Made by a program: the position numbers and the translations under genes. Of a DNA stretch of 64,000 nucleotides, positions 13,542 to 24,088 are shown in pieces (the stretch's first letter is position 1; every line of letters starts with the position of its first letter). The DNA comes from Selaginella moellendorffii (Eukaryota; Plantae; Lycopodiophyta), in contig NW_003314313.1 in NCBI RefSeq assembly GCF_000143415.4, positions 1,255,879 to 1,319,878 on the forward strand, in the 5' to 3' direction. Below the pieces are notes generated by a model. The model saw only the letters and a program-made list of their open reading frames with translations, did no database searches and was not told where the DNA came from.

Positions 13542-14705
13542 TCGGGACCGAGACCGAGACCGAGGCCGAGGCCAAGACCGAGCCCGAGCCCGAGTCCGAG
13601 TCCAAATCCGAATCCGAGTCCGAGTCCGAGTCCGAGTCCGAGTCCGAGTCCGAGTCCGGAGCCTGAGAGGGTGAAAGCCCAAAGCGTTCGTCTCCCAGAC
13701 CCTAGGGGGTTTGGTGAGCTCCAAAAGTATAGTAGGGGGAGGACTGCAGTGGAGCCAGTTTGGCCAGGAAAGGCCAGTTTGGCCAGGAAAGGCCAGTTTG
13801 GCCAGGAAAGGCCAATTTGGCCCAGGAAGGCCAGACCCAGTGTTGGGTGATGAACTGACCACTGGGAAGTCCAAGACTAGAGTGAATACGGACCGACAAG
13901 CGGGGTAGCTTGGTGAAGTGTTCAAGAGCCGGCTCTAGTTCCCCCGGGAGATCGACTGGCCGATGCTCCCAATCCAAGTGTGGGTGGCACTACCTACTTG
14001 GATACCAGGCATGGCTCAACAGAACCTCGCTCTAAGCCCATGGCTAGAGCACCTAAAGGCGAAAGGCGGGGAGAGTACCCAGGTGGCTCGCGTAAGGCCA
14101 CGGTGTTCGGAAATGTTGTCCCAAAGGCCTAGACTGTGGAAAGGAAGAGGAGCAGTCCTCTGGGGTAGTGACCAAGGACACAGTCGTGTGGTGAGGAAGT
14201 CCCAGAGGACCATGGGACTTAGTGGTCGGGCCTGTGGGCCTCGATCCAGTGGCAGTGTTGGCAAACACGGCCAAGGGCAGAAAGGGACTTGGTAGGAACT
14301 GACAAAGGGACTTTGGGGAAGGCGATTCCCCAGGTCTGTGGGCATCTTAAGGATGCTAAGGAGTGGATCTAGGATGACCACTCGTGGACAGATGGCCCAG
14401 TCTTGGAGAGACGGGATGGTGATGCAAGTGGTATTGGACCACTAGTGCAGCAAAGGTGAATGGGCATGGCCTTAGCGTAACGGGCCGAGATGTCAGTGGT
14501 ACCTTTGGGTGTCGGTCTTGGGACCGGACACGTGGAGCACTTGGACCAGGTGCAAGTGTTGAGTGGCATGGATGCCATTCTTGGGGCTAGCAAGTCCCAA
14601 GTCCTGAATTGGACTGATGGAGGTTGTGAATGAGACTCCTCCAAGTGGTCAGAGGTGTGGTTAAGTGACTAAAGTAAAATGGAAAAATTAGTCGCTTACA
14701 GCGCT

Positions 14706-15038
14706 GCATCACTGATGCAAAGGAGGACGCGGAAACTAACTCCTTCAATGTAACTGTGGAGTGGTTCAAGCCAAGTTCCGGATATACAAAGGATTGCCTA
14801 GAAAAGAGATGGGTGCTGAATCCAAGGGATCCCAGCATGAGCATATCGGTGGATAATGTTGTGCATGGTTGGATGCGGAAGCAGAGTGCCACCATCACCT
14901 TGCCAGACCATGCAAGAGATGCAGCAAGAGCATTCATAACCCGGGTTCAAGGTGAGATTCATTAATATTCCTTTACTAAGTTTCTAATGTATTTTATTTC
15001 AAGGTGAACAATCTGAATCTGAATTAGAGGAGGCATGA
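14706..15038 (+). CDS. 3' part of the transposase gene
   Basis: Removing A1 plus one TSD gives an in-frame read MICVGR-CITDAKEDAETNSFNVTVEWFKP... to a stop at 14965 (~1022 aa total). A candidate 52-nt GT-AG intron at 14952-15003 would instead give a GEQSESELEEA* end. Confidence 0.8.
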
Positions 15039-15637
15039 TGGCATGTGGCCCTTTGCACTAGTATATCTTAATACCGGTCTGAGAAATAGAATGGCATGTG
15101 CCCTCAGGCCTTTTACTAAATCACCTTTGAAAGAAATGCAAGCCTCTATGTCGTAAAAAAAAGGTACTAGAGAAATTCCTTAATAATATGAATGTTATTT
15201 AGTTTCATGAAAATACACTAAGGGTCAAATGAGTTAAATGACTTCTCCAGACTAGCAATGCCTCTTGCTACACCTTCACAATTAGATTTGTTAGAAAAAG
15301 ATAACATTGAATAATATCTAAATGTTCTCACCATTAAGTTATATGTCTGGCTAATAGGAATGACGTTCATCTTGGAAAGCTCACCACACGCTCAATGAAC
15401 AAACAAATAATGTGTGCGCGCATGCCATCGCTTTTCTTTAGCTTCAGATTCGGCTTGTTCACCTTGACAATGAGATTTATTATACAACCAGATGGACTCA
15501 GTCTGGACACAAAGTCACCGCGCTAGTCACCATGCCCCAGATATGTCTAGCCCCTGGACAAAAAACATATAATTTCACGTCATTTTCAAATACTTGAAAA
15601 TTTGTACCTAGTCCCATTTTACTGAATAAATCCCACT

Positions 15638-16220
15638 TTAACGAAATAGAGCTTCAAGGTGGATCTTGAAGGCGGACGCTGTCTCTACCACAAGTGCCAG
15701 TCCATATTCTTGCATGGAACTGCATGGAGTGTCTGTCACTTGGATGAGGATCCCCATGCATTCTTTTCTCCCACCATCTGTGTTGTACAGCCTCAGATCC
15801 TTGCCTTCCATCCCGAAAGTCCAACTGGTGAGCTCCTCTCCCTTCTCTACATCCACATTGATAGTGGCTGGAAGAAGAACGCAATTCCTCGCCTGTTCAA
15901 AAATGCACAATAATTAGAGCTGACAGATGAAAAGCTAGCAGCTGGAAATAACGTGAGGCCACACACCATTCACTACTACATCAGATATCTTGAAGCTGCA
16001 TCCTAAGATGGCGTGAGGCTACACGCCATCTGTAACCGACTGCACTCGAGAGCCCAATCGGTGCATGCCAATGTTGCTACTGAATGGCATGTGGCCTCAT
16101 GCCATTTACTACATGGCCTAAAAGACTTACCATTTGAAGCCGAATGGAGGCGTGACAATCGAGGCCGGACTCGCTGGCGAATGTGCACTGTGTGTGCAGC
16201 GGATCGTAGCAGCAAGGCTA
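15638..16220 (-). CDS. Possible spliced passenger gene of unknown function, or a relic of one
   Basis: Donor ATG|GTAAGT at 16130 and acceptor ttttgaacag|GCG near 15893 join in phase (..CHASIRLQM|ARNCVLLP..). The homologous copy lies at 1-400. No start codon was resolved. Confidence 0.3.
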
Positions 16221-18162
16221 CTCTACCACTTAAAGTTGGAGAGTGGCGCTGAAATCTCTCGGGACGCCAAGTGGGCTGCGTGTGGGTGGCGGAGTGGGCG
16301 GCGGAGTTGGCGGCGAAGTTACAAACTGGGTGTGTCTTGAAGTGGATGCCGATGCACACGAGCGCGATGCGAGCGCGAGTGTGATGCAAGCGCGAGTGGA
16401 CACCGATGCACACGAGAAACCTATAGAGAAGGTAGATGAGCGCGAATGTGAGCGTGATCACGATGCGAGCGCGAGTGTGCGAGCGCAATGCGAGCACGAG
16501 TGTGCGAGTGCGAGTACGAAGCAAAATGCAAAACCTAACCTCACACGCGCGAAATGTCACGACGGTTGGTAATCCCGCAACGTCATCATTCCTCGGACTT
16601 GGGCGCCACCATTAATTTCTGGATCGCCACGCGCATGCATGCACGTGAAATCCAAAAGAAATCCGCAATTTCATCATTCCTCGGACTGCATGCACGCGAA
16701 ATCCAAAAGAAAGATCATGATTGGGATATCATTTAATACCCTCGCTATATTTATACCATGCATGATTGGATATTCCAAAGCATCTTGTATTTCCAAAAAT
16801 GCCAGATGTTCAGCTAAATAAAGAATGGTATACAATGTCCTTCTTGATGACCCTGCAAAGAAGCATCTCGATCGGACACCACATGAGACCACACGAACCT
16901 TATAATGTTTCAGGGGGATTTGCCATAGATCTGACCGTTATTTTGCTCCAAGATTCTACAGTTTGGTGTGCATTGACCTTTCCATCGACACTGCAAAGGG
17001 ACATCACAATCAGATGCAGGTTCACTAACCCTAAAACCATAATTGAAAACATTGAAAATGCAAAAAGAAAGGTTTATAATATTTTTGAATTTTATGCAAC
17101 CAAAGGAATGTAAGTAGGGCATGTGTTTGTAAGTTTAAAAATGCCTCAACCACTTAAATTCCCAAGTAAATAAAGTTGTTTCTATTTTTGGTACAGGTAA
17201 ACTTTATAGCATGTGGGCTCATGCAATTTTGAACCCAAAAATGCACCAAAAAATGCTCGACTAGCATTATTCTTTGAATGGCGTGTGGCCTTATATTGCC
17301 ATAAATGGACGTACACACACAGCATAATTATTCCTTTACACGGCGAATAATCTTGGCGCGGATCGCTGATATGGCATGGCAAAGTTCGAATCACTGACAT
17401 GGCACAGCTGGATCGAGGCAAGGACATGATGTGACAAAGTTCAACGTCCGACAGCAAAGTCTAGAAGCTACTCAGTTTGAAATTTGTCAGAGGAATCATA
17501 AGATCTGGTTTGCCAGAGGATTTGATGTGACGTTCAAGCCTGTGTTATTTTTGAATTCTCGAACTCATTCCTAGGTCTATCATTTTTGTGCGCCGTGTTC
17601 TTGGTTTCGCTGAGCGCAATGAGCGCTGCTTGTGTAAGCGGCGTTGTGAGCTGTGGTTTATGCGTCTACGAGCGGTTGCGACATTGCGAGCGCCATTGCG
17701 AGCGGCAGTTTATGCGAGTGGCAGTTTGTGCGAGCGGCGCTACGAGCAGTTGCGGTGTTGCGAGCGGCACTACGAGTAGTTGCGGTGTTGCGAGCGGCAC
17801 TGTCTTTGGTGTGGCTACCGCTTCCTCTTGATATTCGGCACTTGTGCTTCCTGGTATGTTCACCATGGAATGGCTTAGGACCACATTTAGAAATGGCATG
17901 AGGCCACATACTATCTTGGGCCCTTGCAATTTCATGGCTAGTGTATTGTCATGTATGTTTTTACTTGCCTGCAGCTGTGTGTATATCAAGATGGCATGAG
18001 GCCTCATGCCATCTTGGGGCCTTGCAAGTTCATCACTAGCATATTGCCAATAGGTTCTTTACCTGCCTGTAGCTGTGTGTTTATCAAGATGGCATGAGGG
18101 CTCATGCCAATTTTGTGAATGCGAAATTTCACGTGGGTGTCAATAGCATGTTTGAATAATGG
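15831..18162. repeat. Copy 2 of the tandem unit, truncated just upstream of the transposase
   Basis: Homologous to 1-3808; breaks after aataatgg and joins mid-gag of B2. Confidence 0.9.
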
Positions 18163-20232
18163 AATGTTCGAGGGAATGTCCCTACCCGAAGAAGGGCAGA
18201 GCCAATATGGCCATCAAATCTGGTGAAGTCCAAACTCAGGTATGTGATCCAGTCCCTAACTCAAAGTTACTCATTACACGAGCAACTTTGGTAGAGAGTC
18301 GTTCGCGACATCTACTAGCCCTCCGAGGAAAGCTCGGAGGTAGCTTTATTAAGATCCTTACTGACACGGGTGCTTCGGATAATTTTGTGGCTGCATATAT
18401 AGTCCGGCAAGCAGGACTAACGGTGTAGCAGCTAGGCGAACCAAGGACTATAGAGTTTGTTCAATGTAGCCAAAGCACCGATGAGGTACTTCGACAAGCG
18501 AGAGTCGAAGTGGGGACTTAGAAGGTGGACATGGATTTCACTGTGTTGGACATGGCGGGATTTGACGTAATCTTTGGAATGGATTGGTTCAATCGGTTCG
18601 TGGTAGCCCTGGATGGACAAGGTAGAAACCTTGTGGTACTGGCGAATGCCCAAGGAAGAAGATCTAGGGTGGAGGCCCAGGATCTAAAGGTAGGGCAAAG
18701 CAAGGCCAAAGATTCCTGCTTAAACCTGGTGTCCACGAGAGGACAACTCACTAAAGGAACTAAGTGTAAGCCACAAATTTTTCCTTTCCAATTTGCCAGC
18801 TTACCTCGCCTATCCGACCAACTCTGCCTTGGCTTGTGCTAAGTTCCCTCGCCAAGGTTCTCGCCTATGGTGCCAGCTCCTACTTGGTTTCAGCTACTTA
18901 CTGCACGAGCAACGGAGTGTTAGCCATCCATCTACGGATTCCCAAATCTCTCCCAATCCCCCTCCCCGGGTTAGACTGGACTTAAGGTTCGGCTACACTC
19001 CCCGCAGGCACAAGCAGCCAAGCACACCAAGCCTCCAGATTCCTAACACCCCAAGGTACCACAAGGCTTGATCATGGGACCCTCTAAATCCCAAGCCTTG
19101 GGTGCAGCACTTGCTTCGGGACGTCGGGGCGAAACACCGTGGCCTAACGGCCCGGTATGGGTACCTCTACCCCCCCACTTCCATCCCGAAGGAAAGGCCC
19201 AAGCTCCCGGAAGGGCGAGGACCAATGAGCCACAAGGTACTCAAGTGGGGCACCACTCCACCTGAGCCGGGAGCACCGCAGTCGGTTTCCCTTTCGGGAG
19301 TGGGAGCTGCTCTTGAGCACTTCCTTGGATGGCCCCTCCGGCACCAGCCAAGTCCATGCTCACTCCCACCCAAGGCCCCTCGGTCCCAGTCCCAACCTCA
19401 AGTCGGTTTGGAAGCCCAACTGGAGAGTCCCTTCTAAACTGGTTCCTGGACCTCCCTATCCCTACTATACTTTTGGAACCCCCTGCAGCCCCCCCCCCCC
19501 TGGGAGACGCACGCTTTGGGCTTTCACCCCTTGACCCGTATTAGTATTTGGACTTAGTCTCTGGCTCGATCTCGGACCCGATTTCGGATCCGACTTCGGA
19601 TTTGGTTTCGGACTCGATCTCGGACTCGATCTCGGACCCGATCTCGGATTCGAACTCGGTCCCCGAGTCGGTCTTGGACTCAATTCCGGACCCTATCTCG
19701 AACTCGGTCCTAGAGTCAGTCTTGGACTCGATCCTCGACTTGGTCCCATCCGATGAACTCTTTGTCATTTCGGTCAAGCTTTTGGGGATCCTTTAGCCTA
19801 CGACATCTCGGGGAGTCGGTTCCTTACAACTCCACCACCCATAGAAGAAGTTCGATGCCCACATCGAACGTCTCGTTTTTATCCTACGACTTGTTGACCA
19901 TGTCTCCGGGGGCATCCCCCCACTTAGCGGTGTGCCTAAGTTAGCCTCCCCGGCCAAGAGACCATGACAACGGAATATAGGTGTCCCTATACTCCTCACC
20001 TCACCACGCCCTAGTATGGGGTCGGGACTTGAACCTAGCCTTGCTTTACTAGGGGGTTGGGACTCGAACCCAACCTCCGTAGAATACGTCTACGGATTCG
20101 ACATCCCTGCGGGGAGTCGGGCGTAGTGCCCTACGCCTGGTCGACCTATCCAACCCATGCTAATTAGCTTACCTTTGGCGCGCCTTCGGGTCCCAACATA
20201 TGCCATTAGCTCAACTTTGCAAACTGATATTT

Positions 20233-23200
20233 TTAATTGAATTTTGCATAAGTACATAGAGTTCTGCCTTGCAGAAATTCCTCCACTAGATCTCGAGCGT
20301 TCGCTAGATTCTCCTCCGGTTCCCATGTTGCTTCGCAGTGTGGAAATCCTCTCCACTTCACATGGAACTCTCTCACCTCGCGTCCTTGTCGCTTGCTCTT
20401 GCGCGCATTAAGGATGGCCTCGACTTCGTATTCCTCTTCCCCTTGGATAACCTCAGGTAAAGGTCTCACTTGGTCCTTGCAAAGCGGATCCTCAAAGTAC
20501 GGCTTGAGTAAGTTCACGTGGAACACTGGGTGCATCTTCCCCATCTCTCGAGGAAGTCGGAGTCGGTAAGCCACTTTACCGATTCGTGCCTCAATCTCGT
20601 AAGGCCCCGCGAACCTGCTTAAGGAACTCAAGATCAATTCATTTATAGGAATACATGCATCTTTACCTTTGGGTCAACTTTCGGCTGATCCCACTTGGTA
20701 GTCTGAGGTTCTTGGTGTTCAGCCACACCTTCTCCCCAGCTTGGAACTCTACATCTCGACGCTTCTGGTTCGCGTATTTGGTTTGCCTTTGTTGAGCCCG
20801 TTCCACGGAATCCCTCACTAGATTCCAAATGCTGAGTCTTTCCGCCGTGAATGCCTCCACTGCGGGCAACTCTCCATGATACTCGGCCACGCCGAGTTCC
20901 ACAGGACCTTCAATAGCTCGCCCATTGATGACTTCCCATGGACTCACCCCGATACTCGAATGTGGTGAGTTGTTATAACACATTTCCGCAAGTCCCAAAT
21001 GACTTACCCAATCGGTCTGGTCTCCCGAGACATAGCATCGCAAATAATCCTCCAGCTGCCTATTCACCCTTTCCGTTTGTCCGTCTGTCAAGAAGTGTTA
21101 GGGCCAACAACTTGACTTAATACCCCATACCTGTCTGTGGGTGATAGGCTGTGCTGAATTTCAACTTGGTGCGATACTGTTCCAGGAGAGACCTCCAGAA
21201 CCTACTGGTGAAGATCTTATCTCGATCTGAGATGATCTCTTCTGGTCTTCCCCGCACTCGAACCACTTGTTCGAAGAACAGCTTCGCCACACCTTCCGCA
21301 TCCACTTCCGTTGTGGTGGGTATGAAATGTGCCATTTTCGAAAATCGGTCCACCACCACGAATATCGCATCAAACCCCTCGCTTGGGGGGAGTCCCGTGA
21401 TGAAGTCTATCGTAAGACATTTCCACGGGCGATCTGGAATGGGGATGCTTTGCAACAAGCCCCCACTAGCCTTAGTCACGGCTTTTACCTGCTGACATGT
21501 TGGGCATGTCTTTACATAGTCTTGGACGTCCTTAGCCATATCTGGCCAATGGTACTTCCTTTTGAGTAAGCCCATTGTCTTGGGCACTCCGCCGTGTCCC
21601 GCAAGAGGTCCGTCATGACACTCTTCTAAGGCCACCTTCCTTAGTTCCCCTTCTGGAACATACACCCTCGTTTGCTTGTAATAGATGAGTCCGTTGTGTT
21701 CCGCATAGCCCGTTTTCTCTTCCGTTGGCAGCTCACCTCTCTGGTGAGCTTCCCGCGCCTCTAGATTCCTCAGCAACACTTCTTGTGCTAGACCATCGTT
21801 CTCATATGCTGTCCGCACATCGTCCCAGAAGGTTGCTGTTGCGCTGGATATTGCCAACCTCAAGCTCGCTTTTCGACTTAGCGCATCCGCCACGATGTTG
21901 CTCTTCCCAGGCTTGTACAGAATCTCGCAATCAAACTCAGCCAAGGCATTGGCCCACCGACCTTGTTTCCCTCTTAGGTCGGGCTGTGACAAGAAGTGTT
22001 TCGTTGCCACATTGTCCGTGTAAACCTTGAAGTGTCTCCCAAGGTAGTGTCGCCACTCCTTGAGTGCCTTGACCACCGCAAACAATTCCTTCTCGTGGGC
22101 AGGCCACTTCCGTTGAGCCTTGTCCAGCTTCTTCAAGAAGAACGCTACCGGATGGTTGTCCTGCTTCAAAACTGCACCCAACGCAAAGTCCGAAGCATCC
22201 GTTTCTACCTCAAAGTCCTTACCAAAGTCTGGTAATGCCAATACGGGAGCCTTCCTCAACTTCCCTTTGAGGTGGACGAATGCCGCCTCGCATTCTGCTG
22301 TCCATACCATCTTCCCTTTTCCTGTTTGGTCCGTTAAGGGCAGGGCTACTCTCGAATAGTGTCTGATAAACTTTCGATAGTAGTTGCATAGCCCCAGGAA
22401 CGCCCTCAACTCATGTACATTCGATGGTCGCTCCCATTCCTGGATCGCTTGGACCTTCTCCGGGTCCACCTTGAGCCCGTCCTGGCCCACCACATGCCCG
22501 AGAAACTTTACCTCTTGTTGAGCAAAGTCACATTTGCTCTCTTTAGCATACAGTTTGTGTTCCCTTAGTTTCTCAAACACCTTCGCCAAGTGTTCGGCAT
22601 GCTCCTCTAGCGTCTCGCTATAGATCAGGATGTCGTCAATATAGACGACCACGAAGTGATCCAGATAGGGTACAAAGATGTGGTTCATCAACGCCGAAAA
22701 CATTGCCGGCGCATTGCACAGCCCAAAGGGCATCACTAGAAACTCAAAGCTCCCATACCTTGTTCGACAGGTTGTCTTCTCGACATCTTCCTTGGCTACC
22801 CTGATCTGGTAGTATCCTGACCTTAGGTCAATCCTCGAGAAGTATTTTGCCTTTCCCAACCTATCGAACAGGTCCTCAATCCTTGGCAAAGGGTACTTGT
22901 TCTTCTTGGTATACTTGTTGAGCAACCGGTAATCTATGCACATGCGCATAGATCCATCTTTCTTTTTCACAAATAATACCGGCGCCCCATACGGCGACTT
23001 GCTCAACCTAACATACCCTTTGTCCACCAACTCCTCTAGTTGGCACTTGAGCTCCTTGAGTTCCTTTTCGTTCAAACGATAGGGTGGACGAACCACCGCC
23101 TCAGTGCCCTCGACCAGCTCAATCTTATGTTCTATCGGTCGTGCGGGGGGCAACCCCGCCGGTAGCTCCTCCGGCATGGTATCCTGGAATTGGTCCAACA

Positions 23201-23631
23201 CTCGCTGGATCACTAAAGGCACTTCTTCCGTTCTTGTCTTTTTGTCACTCTTCACCGAGAGTAAGCACAAAAAGGCTGCCTTAGTTCCTTTAGTGAGTTG
23301 TCCTCTCGTGGACACCAGGTTTAAGCAGGATTCTTTGGCCTTGCTTTGCCCTACCTTTAGATCCTGGGCTTCCACCCTAGATCTTCTTCCTTGGGCATTC
23401 GCCAGTACCACAAGGTTTCTACCTTGACCATGCAGGGCTACCACGAATCGATTGAACCAGTCCATTCCGAAGATCACGTCAAATCCCGCCATGTCCAACA
23501 CGGTGAAATCCATGTCCACCTTCCAAGTCCCCACTTCGACTCTCGCTTGTCGAAGTACCTCATCGGTGCTTTGGCTACCTTGAACAAACTCTATAGTCCT
23601 TGGTTCGCCTAGCCGCTGCACCGTTAGTCCT
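20233..23631 (-). CDS. pol: Pol: partial protease, RT, RNase H, integrase, chromodomain; three exons (23631-21131, 21084-20667, 20614-20233)
   Basis: YIDD; ETDASD; HHCC (ECHD..GH..CPTC); IDF..SDRD..TERVN; GPY; chromodomain [17 protein letters not shown]. The three ORFs join in frame only after removing two GT-AG segments. Confidence 0.9.
20615..20666 (-). other. 52-nt spliceosomal-type intron before the integrase GPY motif
   Basis: GTAAAG...TTAAGCAG; removal restores [12 protein letters not shown]. Confidence 0.85.
21085..21130 (-). other. 46-nt spliceosomal-type intron in the integrase core
   Basis: GTATGG...CTAAC...TTGACAG; removal restores [15 protein letters not shown]. Confidence 0.85.
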
Positions 23632-24088
23632 CCATATCGTAAAACCAATCCTCCACCACCTTATAGTCGTTCACTCCCTTGAAGACCGGTGGGGGCTTCG
23701 GTTTGTACTTGGGAACTGCCTGAGGGACTGATTTCACTTCAGTCTGTTCGACCTTGTCTGGTTTTGCCTCAGTCCCTACCGAAGGGTCTGCACCTTCTGC
23801 GCTGCCAGCATCCGCAGTCTTTCGCTTTTTCTTCCGCTTCTCGTCACGCTTTAGCTTGCGTACGAGAGTCTCTAGCAGGGCATTGGTCTGTGCCAATTGT
23901 CCTTCTAGAACGTCCAATCGATCCTTGGACGACCGAACCTCACCACCGGACTCCTGTTTGGAAGTTGCCTCACTGGAGTCCTCCTCATGCAACGATTCCT
24001 CATCCATAGCCTCCTGTTCGACCGGAGGCTCCAACTCTGGAGGAGGTTCCGTCTCCGCCTGGGTTCGCTTACGTCCTGCCCTTGCCAT
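23624..24088 (-). pseudogene. gag: Gag N-terminus, truncated by an internal deletion
   Basis: The ATG lies ~45 nt after the PBS. The ORF ends PKPPPVFKG...WFYDMED and then fuses to mid-protease sequence. Confidence 0.8.

Larger units (their letters stand above)
6709..14700 (+). mobile_element. Complete non-autonomous LTR retrotransposon A1 (LARD-like)
   Basis: LTRs 6709-8668 and 12753-14700 (TG...CA, near identical); TSD GCGCT at 6704-6708 and 14701-14705; PBS TGGTATCGGAGC 8672-8683; PPT atgggtggtggagt 12739-12752; ~4.1-kb interior with no gag/pol ORF. Confidence 0.95.

Noticed and set aside
17893-18110. CRISPR-like palindromic repeats at regular spacing
   Set aside because: The spacers resemble each other (98-bp tandem units), the context is eukaryotic, and there are no cas genes.
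20107-20172. Further 66-nt GT-AG intron in the B 3' UTR, and a GC-AG candidate after the chromodomain
   Set aside because: The donor AG|GTAAGC is good, but there is no reading-frame test and the acceptor is altered in B2; left unresolved.
20615-21130. Ribosomal frameshifts or random decay as the cause of the integrase breaks
   Set aside because: The breaks are extra 46- and 52-nt GT-AG segments whose exact removal restores conserved motifs in both copies.
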